Below are positions 31,192 to 41,057 of a DNA stretch of 64,000 bases, in pieces. The notes beneath the pieces were generated by a model. That model was given only the letters and a program-made list of their open reading frames with translations. It made no database searches and was not told the DNA's origin. The first letter of the stretch is position 1, and the number at the start of each line of letters is the position of its first letter. Source of the DNA: Spirochaetia bacterium (GTDB taxonomy: Bacteria; Spirochaetota; Spirochaetia; SZUA-6; Bin103); assembly GCA_965198005.1 (NCBI GenBank), contig CBDAOI010000004.1:2240001-2304000 (forward strand), read 5' to 3'. The translations under genes were made by a program, and so were the position numbers.

Positions 31192-32960
31192 CTCCAAGAC
31201 TCATTGTGCTGCCACTGGCGCTCGCGCTGGTGGCTACCGTTACGTTTGCCAGCCCCGCCGGCGAAGACGCGGCCGAGGGGATGGAGAAGGAGATGGTGCT
31301 CGCGCCACAGTATGGCGGGACCATGACCTTTGCCGTCCAGCGGGAGCCTCCGACGACCGACCCCATGTTCGGCGGCGGGGCGTCACGGGGCGTCGATGGC
31401 GTTGCCGAGAAGCTGGGAATGGTCGACTGGGGAATCGACCGGGAGGTGTACGACCTCACCGGTGCTTTCTTCTACTTCCCGCTGTCGGTCCTGACCGGTC
31501 GACTGGCGGAAAGCTGGGAAACGCCGGACCCCACCACGACCATCTTCAACATCCGCCAGGGCGTTCACTGGCACGACAAGGAACCGATGAACGGGCGGGA
31601 GCTGACGGCCCAAGATATCGAATACAACTTTCACCGGGTATGGGGCTTGGGCAGCGGCTTCACCGCACCTCATGAGATCTATACCGGCCCACTCGCCAAC
31701 ATACTCGTCGAATCGGTAACGGCGACCGACGAATACACGGTTGCAATTGAGCTGAAGCAGCCACAGCTCGGGGCGTTGCAGGTTATCCTCATCGACTGGG
31801 GTGGGTTCATTCTGCCCCCCGAGGTCATTGAGCAACACGGTGACGTGAAGGAATGGAGCAACCTGGTGGGCACCGGGCCCTTCATGCTGACGGACTGGGT
31901 CGACGGCAGCTCGACTACCTGGACCAGGAATCCGGACTACTGGGGCTACGACGAGAAATTTCCGGAGAACCGTCTGCCCTATTTTGACGGAGTAAGAGCC
32001 CTGATCATGAAAGACCCCGCCACCATTCTGGCGGCCCTGCGCTCGGCTCAGGTGGACTACGTAGGCTGGATCGGCGTCGCTGAAATGCTCTATACCGGCG
32101 AGAAAGAGAGTATCGAGCGGACCAACCCGGAAATCTCCTTCTACCCGTGGTCGATTCGGTCGGAGAATGCTTTCAATTTCAACATGGCCACGGACAATCC
32201 GTTCTCGAAAGACGTCAGGGTGCGCCGGGCGATGCAGATGGCACTGGACCTCGAGACGATGAACGACACCTACTTCAAGGGGACTGCCAGATGGAAACCT
32301 CGGGGGGTGCTCGGGGATGCCATCGTAGGGTATACGACGCCATTTGAAGAGTGGTCTGAAGAGGTCCGGAAGGGCTATACGTACGACCCGGAAGGGGCCG
32401 AGAAACTCCTGGATGAGGCTGGCTATCCGCGCGCCGCCGACGGTATTCGAATCAAGGCTACGGAGCACCATTTCGAACATGCCGATTTCGACTATGCGCA
32501 ATTGGCGGTCTCCTACTGGAAGGCCATTGGCGTCAATGTGGAGATTATCACATCGGAAGCTGCTACTCATGGAGCTCGTCAACGCGAATACACCTACGGC
32601 GACATGATCTCCTGGATATCTGGCATGGACTTTCTTGACCCTGTCGTAGCGCTTGGCCTAGCTTACTCGAAGGGAGGATTCAACCCCTCGGGGTACAACG
32701 ACCCGGAGTTTGACCGCCTGTATGAAGCCGCCCGAGACGCGGCCACCATCGAGGAGCAGCAGAGGGCGGTCAAAGCGGCAGATATGTACTTTACAAGCAA
32801 CCACGTCTACGTATGGGGTCCTAACGCTCCCAAGTTCAACGCGGTCCAGCCATGGGTCAGAGGTTATGCGGGCGAACAATCCCTGGGATCCGATGACCGC
32901 ATGGCCATCTTGGCCCGCCTCTGGTTTGATCATGGGATGAAGACAGAAATGGGGCAGTAG
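31188..32960 (+). CDS. Family-5 SBP (SBP3)
   Basis: RBS, signal peptide, LAESW, GTGPF, DVRVRRAM. Confidence 0.92.
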   Translation: MTPRLIVLPLALALVATVTFASPAGEDAAEGMEKEMVLAPQYGGTMTFAVQREPPTTDPMFGGGASRGVDGVAEKLGMVDWGIDREVYDLTGAFFYFPLSVLTGRLAESWETPDPTTTIFNIRQGVHWHDKEPMNGRELTAQDIEYNFHRVWGLGSGFTAPHEIYTGPLANILVESVTATDEYTVAIELKQPQLGALQVILIDWGGFILPPEVIEQHGDVKEWSNLVGTGPFMLTDWVDGSSTTWTRNPDYWGYDEKFPENRLPYFDGVRALIMKDPATILAALRSAQVDYVGWIGVAEMLYTGEKESIERTNPEISFYPWSIRSENAFNFNMATDNPFSKDVRVRRAMQMALDLETMNDTYFKGTARWKPRGVLGDAIVGYTTPFEEWSEEVRKGYTYDPEGAEKLLDEAGYPRAADGIRIKATEHHFEHADFDYAQLAVSYWKAIGVNVEIITSEAATHGARQREYTYGDMISWISGMDFLDPVVALGLAYSKGGFNPSGYNDPEFDRLYEAARDAATIEEQQRAVKAADMYFTSNHVYVWGPNAPKFNAVQPWVRGYAGEQSLGSDDRMAILARLWFDHGMKTEMGQ

Positions 32961-33071
32961 GGACCTCGCCCCCTATTGGTTTCCGCAGGGAGAGCGGAGA
33001 GGCTCACGCGTGAGCGCGCTTCTCGGCTCTCCCCACCCATTGCGACGGAAACGCTCCGCCTTTGACTGCCA

Positions 33072-34028
33072 ATGCGAGCTTATATTGTCCGGCGGCTGCT
33101 GCTCATCATCCCTACGCTCATAGTATTGAGCATCCTGGTCTTCCTGTCGGCGCGCTTCATCCCGGGCGATATCATCGACACCATGATAGCCGCTGACCAC
33201 AATGCCATGACTGGCCTGAACCGTGAGGTTCTGCTGCATGCCCTGGGGCTGGACGTACCGGTCCACGTGCAGTATGGACGCTGGCTGGAAGGGATTCTGC
33301 TGCGCGGCACCCTCGGCAACTCGCTGCTCGGAGATTGGCCGGTAGAGAAGAAGATCGCGGGCAGACTCCCCGTCACCCTGGAGCTCGGTTTGCTGGCGAT
33401 CTTGATCGGGCTGCTGATCGGCGTGCCGATCGGCATCTACTCGGCGATTCGCCAGGATACAGCCGCTGACTACGTGGGGCGCACGGTCGCCATCTTCGGC
33501 CTGGCTACGCCGAACTTCTGGCTCGGGGTGATGGTCATGACCTACCCGTCGATCTGGTGGGGCTGGGCGCCGCCGATGCGGCTGGTTCCTGTCACCGAAG
33601 ACCTGCTGGGGAATCTGGAGGTGTTTCTCCTTCCCAGCCTGATTCTCGGCACGGCGCTGTCGGCAGCCACCATGCGCATGACGCGCACGATGATGCTGGA
33701 GGTGCTGCGCCAGGACTACATCAGGACCGCTTGGTCGAAGGGACTGCGGGAGCGGGTCGTCGTCATCCGGCACGCCATCAAGAACGCCCTCATCCCGGTC
33801 GTGACCCTGATCGGCCTGCAGTTGCCGATTCTGGTCGGCGGCGCCGTCATCATGGAGAACATCTTCAACCTGCCGGGCCTGGGGCGTCTCATGCTCACGG
33901 CACTCTCTGACCGAGACTACCCGGTCATCTCGGGCATAAACATGTTCTTCGCGACGGTGGTGGTGGCGATCAATCTGATGATCGACTTGATCTACGGCTA
34001 CCTGGATCCCCGGGTCCGCTACACGTAG
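33072..34028 (+). CDS. DppB-like permease (B3)
   Basis: EAA motif QDYIRTAWSKGL. Confidence 0.93.
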   Translation: MRAYIVRRLLLIIPTLIVLSILVFLSARFIPGDIIDTMIAADHNAMTGLNREVLLHALGLDVPVHVQYGRWLEGILLRGTLGNSLLGDWPVEKKIAGRLPVTLELGLLAILIGLLIGVPIGIYSAIRQDTAADYVGRTVAIFGLATPNFWLGVMVMTYPSIWWGWAPPMRLVPVTEDLLGNLEVFLLPSLILGTALSAATMRMTRTMMLEVLRQDYIRTAWSKGLRERVVVIRHAIKNALIPVVTLIGLQLPILVGGAVIMENIFNLPGLGRLMLTALSDRDYPVISGINMFFATVVVAINLMIDLIYGYLDPRVRYT

Positions 34029-34051
34029 AGGCACTTGGAGGAATACAGCGT

Positions 34052-34993
34052 ATGGGGGACGCCGCACGGACACCATCAGCGGGGCTGGCTCACTTTCTGG
34101 TCCGGCTGTGGCGCGAGAAGCCGCTCGGCACCGCCGGCGGCGTGGTCGTGTTGGGCTTGATTCTGGTGGCGATCTTCGCCGACGTGCTGGCCCCCTACCC
34201 GTTCGATGAAGTGCACCTGAGAGCGCTGTTGAAGCCCCCGTCGGCCGAGCATCTGATGGGTACCGATCAGTTGGGGCGCGACTTCTTGAGCCGCAATATC
34301 CACGGGGCTCGAGTTTCCATGCTCGTGGGCGTGGTCGCGACCAGCCTCAACGTCCTGGTTGCGGTGTTGATCGGCGGCACGGCCGGATTCTTCGGTGGCA
34401 AGCTGGACCTGGTGGTGCAGCGGTTGGTCGATGCCTGGATGGCGTTTCCGGGGCTGCTGCTGTTGCTGACGATCATGTCGCTGGTCGGACAGGGCCTGCT
34501 GCAACTGATCCTGGTGCTGGGCATCTCCGGCGGCGTGGTGGCCTCGCGGCTGGTCAGAGGCGCGGTGATCGCGGTCAAGGAGAACGACTACCTGCAGGCG
34601 GCCACGGCCACCGGCAGCACCCGGATGGGAGCGCTGGTGCGCCACGTGCTGCCCAACGTGGCGGCTCCCATCATCGTCGTGTTCAGCATCAACATCGGCG
34701 CGGTGATCATCAGCGAGGCGTCGCTGAGCTTCCTGGGATTCGGTCTGTCGCCCGAGATTCCGAGCTGGGGGACGTTGCTGAGCCGGGACGGCCGCAAGTA
34801 CATGGAGCAGGCGCCGTGGCTGGCGCTGTGGCCCGGTCTGTGCCTGACCCTCACCGTATACAGTCTCAACATGTTCGGCGACGCGCTGCGGGACCTGCTG
34901 GACCCGCGCCTTCGGGGCGGCGGCGGCCGTCTCGGAACCCACCGCGGCCGGGTGCCGCAACCCAAACCCGGTCGCAGCCGGTCACGCGGGTGA
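34052..34993 (+). CDS. DppC-like permease (C3)
   Basis: Near-identical to C2. Confidence 0.93.
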   Translation: MGDAARTPSAGLAHFLVRLWREKPLGTAGGVVVLGLILVAIFADVLAPYPFDEVHLRALLKPPSAEHLMGTDQLGRDFLSRNIHGARVSMLVGVVATSLNVLVAVLIGGTAGFFGGKLDLVVQRLVDAWMAFPGLLLLLTIMSLVGQGLLQLILVLGISGGVVASRLVRGAVIAVKENDYLQAATATGSTRMGALVRHVLPNVAAPIIVVFSINIGAVIISEASLSFLGFGLSPEIPSWGTLLSRDGRKYMEQAPWLALWPGLCLTLTVYSLNMFGDALRDLLDPRLRGGGGRLGTHRGRVPQPKPGRSRSRG

Positions 34994-35037
34994 GAGCACC
35001 TGGTCGATCCCGACGACGCTAACCAGTCTATCAGCCG

Positions 35038-35550
35038 TTGCCGCGCTACGCGCATCTGTTGATCGACCAGACGCAGGTGGGACCGGAGGAGTTGCGCGGG
35101 GAGCTGCTTGGTCGCATCGCGCAACTGGCGATGATGGCGGCGTTCCGGGCGAGTTGGCCGGTGTTGCAGCGGCTGGTGCCGCTGCTGGCGGAGTTGGCGC
35201 AGGTGGGCGGCAGCGAAGACCTGCGGCGGATCGTGGTGTACATTGCGACCACGACGCGGGAACCGGAGCGCTGGCACAGATTCGCGGAGGCAGTACGGCG
35301 ACAGGTGCCGGGAGGTGGAGAACTGATGAACAAGACCGAAGAGATGATCGAAATCTACGGCGATATGAGGGAGCGTGAAGGCCGTCAGGAAGGTGAGTTA
35401 CGCGGCAAGGTGCAAACCATCGGGGGACTCGTGAGACGCGATGTCCCCTGGTCCATCATCGAAGCGGCCACCGGGATCGACGAGGCCACCTTCGACGGGC
35501 TCAAGCACCAACTCGACGCCGCTGACGGCGACGCCACCCACGCCAACTGA
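35038..35550 (+). pseudogene. Rpn copy lacking promoter and nuclease domain; retains intact RpnS-like ORF 35326-35550
   Basis: Equivalent of ~25760-26256 deleted at a 'tg' microhomology. Confidence 0.9.
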
Positions 35551-35556
35551 ACCGCG

Positions 35557-37066
35557 CCCCCCCCCCCCCCCGAGATCCAAGCACCTCGTAGGGCCTGACC
35601 GCTCACAGCGCCGCGTCCACAACTCCTGCACCGCCGGCGGCGGCGTAACTCCAAAACTCATTGTGCTGACACTGGCGCTCGCGCTGGTGGCTACCGTTAC
35701 GTTTGCCAGCGGCGACGACGAGGAGCCGGCCGCGGCGATGGAAAAGGAGATGGTGCTCGACCCCACGACCGGCGAGATGGTCACCGCCCCCGAGTACGGC
35801 GGGACACTGACCTTCGTCGTCAAGCTGGAGCCGCCGAGTGCCGACCCCTTGTTCGGCAGCGGGGCGTCACGGGGACCCGATGGCGTCACCGAGAAACTGG
35901 GCATGGTCGACTGGGGAATCGACCGGGACGTGTACGACCTCACCGGCGCTTTCTCTTACTTCCCGGTGTCGGTCCTGACCGGTCGACCGAAGAGGTCCGG
36001 AAGAGCTACATGTATGACCCGGAAGCGGCCGAGGCGCTGCTTGACGAGGCCGGGTTACCGCGCGGCGCCGACGGCACCAAATTCGAAATCGCGCTGCAAC
36101 ACTACGAGTTTTTCGACGTGGACTACGTGCAGTTGGCCGCCGCCTACTGGAAGGAGATCGGCGTGGACGTAGACATCGACGTGACGGAACGAAGCGCACA
36201 CGGAGAGCTGGGAGGCTCAGCTTCCCGGCTCTCTTCTTCAATCGCAGCGATTGGTTGCAACGGCCCGCTGGGGAATCTCGAGATGTTCATCATTCCCGGC
36301 CTGATCCTGGGTACGGCGCTGTCGGCAGCCACCATGCGCATGACGCGCACCATGATGCTGGAGGTGCTGCGCCAGGACTACATCAGGACCGCTTGGTCCA
36401 AGGGACTGCGGGAGCGGGTCGTCGTCATCCGGCACGCCATCAAGAACGCCCTCATCCCAGTGGTGACCCTGATCGGCCTGCAGTTGCCGATTCTGGTCGG
36501 CGGCGCCGTCATCATGGAGAACATCTTCAACCTGCCGGGCCTCGGTCGTCTCATGCTGACCGCGCTGACCGACCGCGACTAGCCGGTCATCTCGGGCATC
36601 AACCTGTTCTTGATGGGTACCGACCAGTTGGGGCGCGACCTCCTGAGCCGCAATATCCACGGGGCGCGTATTTCCATGCTCGTGGGGGTGGTCGCGACCA
36701 GCCTCAACCTCCTGGTTGCGGTGCTGATCGGCGACACGGCCGGATTCTTCGGTGGCAAGCTGGACCTTGCAGTGCAGCGGGTTGTCGACGCCTGGATGGC
36801 GTTTCCGGGGCTGCTGTTGTTGCTGACGATCATGTCGCTGGTCGGACAGGGGCTGCTGCAACTCATCCTGGTGCTGGGCGTCTCCGGCGGCGTGGTGGCC
36901 TCGCGGCTGGTCCGAGGCGCGGTGATCGCGGTTAAGGAGAACGACTACCTGCAGGCTCGGCGCGGTGATCATCAGCGAGGCGTCGCTGAGTTTCCTGGGA
37001 TTCGGACTGTCGCCCGAGATTCCGAGCTGGGGGACGCTGCTGCGCCGGGACGGGCGCAAGTACATG
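35557..37066 (+). pseudogene. Multiply deleted fourth copy of leader-SBP-dppB-dppC module
   Basis: C15 leader, ATG-less signal peptide, two SBP pieces, spacer, dppB piece with TAC>TAG, two dppC pieces, all colinear. Confidence 0.9.
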
Positions 37067-37345
37067 CAACGTCTTGCTGCATCGGGACTCGTAACTCTTC
37101 CAGTGGTGAACCCGTCTCCCGACAGCCCCCAGCCACCGCGAATCGGAGGTGCACCGCTTTCAGACATCGTGAGCGACGATCGCCGTTGATCGCATTCTTC
37201 GACACGAGTGCTCTCGTAAAACGCTATGCCGCGGAACAGGGTACGGCACAGGTCGCGACTCTGTGGGCTGAGGCTCAACACCGTGCCGCGTCGCGGCTTG
37301 CCTACGCGGAGACACTCTCCGCTCTCCACCGAAAGGAACGCGAAG
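37064..37345 (+). pseudogene. Central remnant of an antitoxin/PIN (VapC-like) pair
   Basis: ...PLSDIVSDDRR* overlapping TTG-IAFFDTSALVKRY...AETLSALHRK at 37186. Confidence 0.7.
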
Positions 37346-37425
37346 CTGCTGAACAGACGGCGCCGGCGCGCCGGCGGAACACGCTCGGCGCCGGTGCGGC
37401 GAGCGTGTTATGGTGAGCACGCTTC

Positions 37426-38955
37426 ATGGCCAACTCCGCACGGCGTGCTGTCGCGTACGATGTCGCGATTGTCGGGTCCGGCTCGGCCGGCGCGGTGCTC
37501 GCCGCCCGCCTGACCGAGGACCGCGGGCGCTCGGTCCTGCTGCTGGAGGCGGGTCCCGACTACCCCACCGTCGCCAGCCTCGCGCCCGACCTGGCCGACA
37601 TCTGGCGGCCGTCGATCAAGGACCACGACTGGGGATTCCACGCCGACACCGATCCCGACGGGCGGGACATTCATCTGGCGCGCGGCAGGGTGATCGGCGG
37701 CTCTTCGTCGGTGAACACCGGCATCGCGATTCGCGGCGCGCCGGCCGACTACGACCGCTGGGCGGAGCTGGGAAACCCGGAGTGGAGCTGGCGGCACTGC
37801 CTCCCCTGGTTTCGCAAGCTGGAGGATGACCGCGACTGCACCGGCGAGTTCCACGGCGCCGGCGGCCCGATACCGGTGGTGCGCTGGACCCGCGCCGAGC
37901 TGTCTCCGCTGCAGGAAGCGTTCCTGCAGGCGTGTCTCGACGCCGGCTATCCGCTGGCGGCGGACCAGAACCACCCGGCCGGCACCGGCGTCAATCTGAT
38001 GGCCATGAACCGCCGCGGGCGGGTGCGCTGGTCGACCAACCTCGGCTACCTTGGCCCGGCCCGCGGCCGGCCCAACCTCACGATCCGTAGCGGCTGTCTG
38101 GTGGACCGCGTGCTGCTCGAGCGGGGCCGCGCGGTGGGGCTGCGCGTGGCGGGCAACGGGTCGGCGCCGGCGGAGACGATCGGCGCGGGAGAAGTGATCG
38201 TGGCCGCGGGGGCGATTCAGAGCCCGCCGATCCTGCTCCGGTCCGGCATCGGTCCGGCCGCCGAGCTGCGCGCCCACGGCATCGAGCCGATGCTCGACCT
38301 GCCCGGCGTGGGCCGCCACCTGATGGACCATCCAGCCAGCTTCGTGCGCTGCCGGCATGCGGGGGAGCCGGCCGACTTCGACCCCCCGGTGTTGCAGGTC
38401 CTGCTGCGCTACACCACGGTCGGAGGCGAGTTCAACGACATGCAGGTGAACCTGCACCCGCCCGGCAGCTACGGGGCCGCTGTTTTCGGCGTGGCCCCCG
38501 GCCTGCAACTCTCCCGCTCATTGGGGCAGGTACGGCTGCGCTCCCGCGACCCGCGCGCCCACCCGGTAATCGAACTCAACTTCCTGGACCACGCGGAGGA
38601 TCGGCGCCGGTTGCGCGACGGCATCCGCCTGAGCTGGCGCCTGGCCCACGGCGCGGCGATCGCCCGGTTCCATACCGGAGTGGAGGGGCTCACGGCCGAG
38701 ACGGTCGCGGACGACGCAGCGCTCGACGCCTACCTCAAGGCCACGGTGATCAACTGGCACCACCCGTGCTGCACCTGCCGCATGGGCCCGCGCACCGATC
38801 CCGGCGCGGTGGTGGATCAGCAGGGACGGGTGCACGGCATCGACCGCCTGCGGGTGGTGGACGCGTCGATCACCCCCACCATCATCCGCGCCAACACCAA
38901 CCTCACCGCCATCATGATCGGCGAGAAGATCGCCGACGCCATGCGCCGGCCCTGA
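37426..38955 (+). CDS. GMC oxidoreductase (choline dehydrogenase-like)
   Basis: GSGSAG, GRVIGGSSSVN, HPCCTCRMG, VVDASI, NTN. Confidence 0.92.
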   Translation: MANSARRAVAYDVAIVGSGSAGAVLAARLTEDRGRSVLLLEAGPDYPTVASLAPDLADIWRPSIKDHDWGFHADTDPDGRDIHLARGRVIGGSSSVNTGIAIRGAPADYDRWAELGNPEWSWRHCLPWFRKLEDDRDCTGEFHGAGGPIPVVRWTRAELSPLQEAFLQACLDAGYPLAADQNHPAGTGVNLMAMNRRGRVRWSTNLGYLGPARGRPNLTIRSGCLVDRVLLERGRAVGLRVAGNGSAPAETIGAGEVIVAAGAIQSPPILLRSGIGPAAELRAHGIEPMLDLPGVGRHLMDHPASFVRCRHAGEPADFDPPVLQVLLRYTTVGGEFNDMQVNLHPPGSYGAAVFGVAPGLQLSRSLGQVRLRSRDPRAHPVIELNFLDHAEDRRRLRDGIRLSWRLAHGAAIARFHTGVEGLTAETVADDAALDAYLKATVINWHHPCCTCRMGPRTDPGAVVDQQGRVHGIDRLRVVDASITPTIIRANTNLTAIMIGEKIADAMRRP

Positions 38956-38972
38956 ACGCACTTGGTCGGCGC

Positions 38973-39902
38973 TCAGTCGAACGCCGCGACGATCTGCTCC
39001 TCGACCTGCTGGACGGTTTCCGGGTCGTTGCGGTTGCTGAACGTGTGCAGCCCGAACACGATCTCGTGCACCCCGGCCGCCGCGAATTCCCCGATGCGGT
39101 CGATCAGGTAGGTGCGGGGGCCGGCCATGCTGCCGGGACCGAGCAGGTCGACGAACCGCTGCGCCGCCGCCGCGTCGCCGGTGATCAGCAGCGGCATGGT
39201 CAGCGTGTGCCTGATCTCGGACGGGTCGCGCCCCACGTCCGCGCAGTGGCGCTCCAGCACGCCGACCTTGTGGCGGTACAGATCGAGCGTCATGCCCGCG
39301 CCGCTCCAGCCGTCGAGGTTCATCATGTCGCCGTACATCGCCAGCGTGCGCAGGGTGCGCTTCTCGCCGGTGCCGCCGACCAGGATCGGCAGGTGCGGTT
39401 GCTGATGGCAGCGCGGCGCGAACGGCGCGTTGTCCAGGCGATACCAAGTGCCCTCGTAAGTCACCGGCCCGTCCGCGGTGAACAGCGTCCGGATCAGCCC
39501 CAGCGCCTCCTGAAACCGGTCCTGGCGCTCGCGCATGGTCGGGAACGTCCAACCGTACGCCTCGTGCTCGCGCTTGAACCACGCCGCTCCGAGGCCGAGC
39601 GTGATGCGGCCCTGCGACACGTGGTCCAGGGTGGCGGCCATCTTCGCCACCAGCGCCGGGTTGCGGTAGGTATTGCCCAGCACCAGATGGCCGATGCGCA
39701 CCTTGCGGGTCGTGGCCGCCGCCGCCGCGGCCAGGGTCCATCCCTCGAACGCGTCGGCGTGCTCCGGCCGCCCGCGTCCGGGCGGAACGAAGTGATCCGA
39801 AAACCAGACGCTGTTCCAGCGCCCCGCATCGAGCGCCTCCACACACCGGCGGAGGTCGTCCCACGTGGTCAGGTAGTTGCTGAGTTGAACCCCAAACTTC
39901 AT
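38973..39902 (-). CDS. LLM-class (F420-dependent-like) oxidoreductase
   Basis: [30 protein letters not shown]. Confidence 0.9.
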   Translation of the reverse strand: MKFGVQLSNYLTTWDDLRRCVEALDAGRWNSVWFSDHFVPPGRGRPEHADAFEGWTLAAAAAATTRKVRIGHLVLGNTYRNPALVAKMAATLDHVSQGRITLGLGAAWFKREHEAYGWTFPTMRERQDRFQEALGLIRTLFTADGPVTYEGTWYRLDNAPFAPRCHQQPHLPILVGGTGEKRTLRTLAMYGDMMNLDGWSGAGMTLDLYRHKVGVLERHCADVGRDPSEIRHTLTMPLLITGDAAAAQRFVDLLGPGSMAGPRTYLIDRIGEFAAAGVHEIVFGLHTFSNRNDPETVQQVEEQIVAAFD

Positions 39903-40047
39903 AGTGCGTGCGAGTATAGCACCCACGGGGCCGGCTGCCGCAGCCTCACGAGCCCGGTTGCCCGGTCAGCCCGGTTGCAGCCTGCCGCAACGCACTGCTT
40001 GTCCCGCCCCGGTCGCGCCGGTATCGTCGTGGCCAGGAGCTTGGATC

Positions 40048-40521
40048 GTGTGCAGGCATGATGAATCGCTGCGCGACCACTTGGCGAATCTGCTCCGTGG
40101 GCGCGGCGCTCACGTCCCGTTCGAACGGGCGGTGGCCGGCGTGCCGGAGGACCGGCGCGGGGTGATTCCGGAGGGGGCGGCCGCCTCCCTGTGGCAGCAG
40201 CTCGAGCATCTGCGACTGGCGCAGTGGGACATCCTGGAGTTCAGCCGCGATCCCGGTCACGTGTCGCCGGACTGGCCGGACGGCTACTGGCCGCAGCCGG
40301 CGCCGCCCTCGCCGGACACCTGGCAACGCAGCATCGACTCGTTCCTCGCCGACCGCACGGCAATGATCACTCTGGTGTCCGACCCCGGCGCCGACCTGTA
40401 CCGGCCGTTCCCGCACGGCACCGGCCAGACCCTCCTGCGCGAAGCATTGCTGGTCGCCGACCACAACGCCTACCACGTCGGCCAGATCGTGCTCCTGCGC
40501 CGCCTGCTGGGGTGCTGGTAA
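40048..40521 (+). CDS. DinB family protein
   Basis: [27 protein letters not shown]. Confidence 0.85.
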   Translation: MCRHDESLRDHLANLLRGRGAHVPFERAVAGVPEDRRGVIPEGAAASLWQQLEHLRLAQWDILEFSRDPGHVSPDWPDGYWPQPAPPSPDTWQRSIDSFLADRTAMITLVSDPGADLYRPFPHGTGQTLLREALLVADHNAYHVGQIVLLRRLLGCW

Positions 40522-40570
40522 GTCTGTCTTTGCAGGTTCTCGGTCTCCCGACGGCAAGCGGTCGTACGGC

Positions 40571-41029
40571 CTATGACGGCGCTCCTGCGTCAGATGCAGC
40601 GCCCGGCGCCGCGAGGGCGCCCCACGCGTTCACCCGGCCGATCCGCAGCGCGATGACCGGCAGCGGTTCGATCCGCATCGCGCGGTACTGCGGATACCGT
40701 TCACGCAACGCCGCCTGCGCGCGATCGTGCTCGTCGCCGCGATCGAGGATCTCGGCGCGGCCCCGCAGCATCACCCACGCGAGCCGGGACCAGTCTTCGT
40801 CGTACCGATCGACGACCACTGCGATATGTGGGTTCTCCGCAATGTTGCGCAGCCGCCGCAGCGCACGCACGTCCGAGCGCTTGGGCTTCTCGTCGACGGT
40901 CACGTAGAGGTTGTCGCCGAGCAGCGCGTAGCACACCGGCACCACGTGCGGAGCACCGTTCGCGTCCGCCGTCGCCAGCCGGGCCACGCGCATCGACGCG
41001 ACGAACCGCCGTGCCACACCGCTCAGCAC
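40571..41029 (-). CDS. PPOX-class F420-dependent enzyme (TIGR03668-like)
   Basis: VARLATAD..G.PHVVPVC, DEKPK, LRRLRNI, DRYDEDWSRLAWV. Confidence 0.88.
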   Translation of the reverse strand: MLSGVARRFVASMRVARLATADANGAPHVVPVCYALLGDNLYVTVDEKPKRSDVRALRRLRNIAENPHIAVVVDRYDEDWSRLAWVMLRGRAEILDRGDEHDRAQAALRERYPQYRAMRIEPLPVIALRIGRVNAWGALAAPGAASDAGAPS

Positions 41030-41057
41030 GGCAGTCGATGGTCCAGTTCCAGACGAA

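Noticed and set aside
1158-37425. Integron or diversity-generating retroelement as the cause of the duplicated fragments
   Set aside because: No integrase, attC-like sites or reverse transcriptase in the window; differences between copies are not adenine-specific
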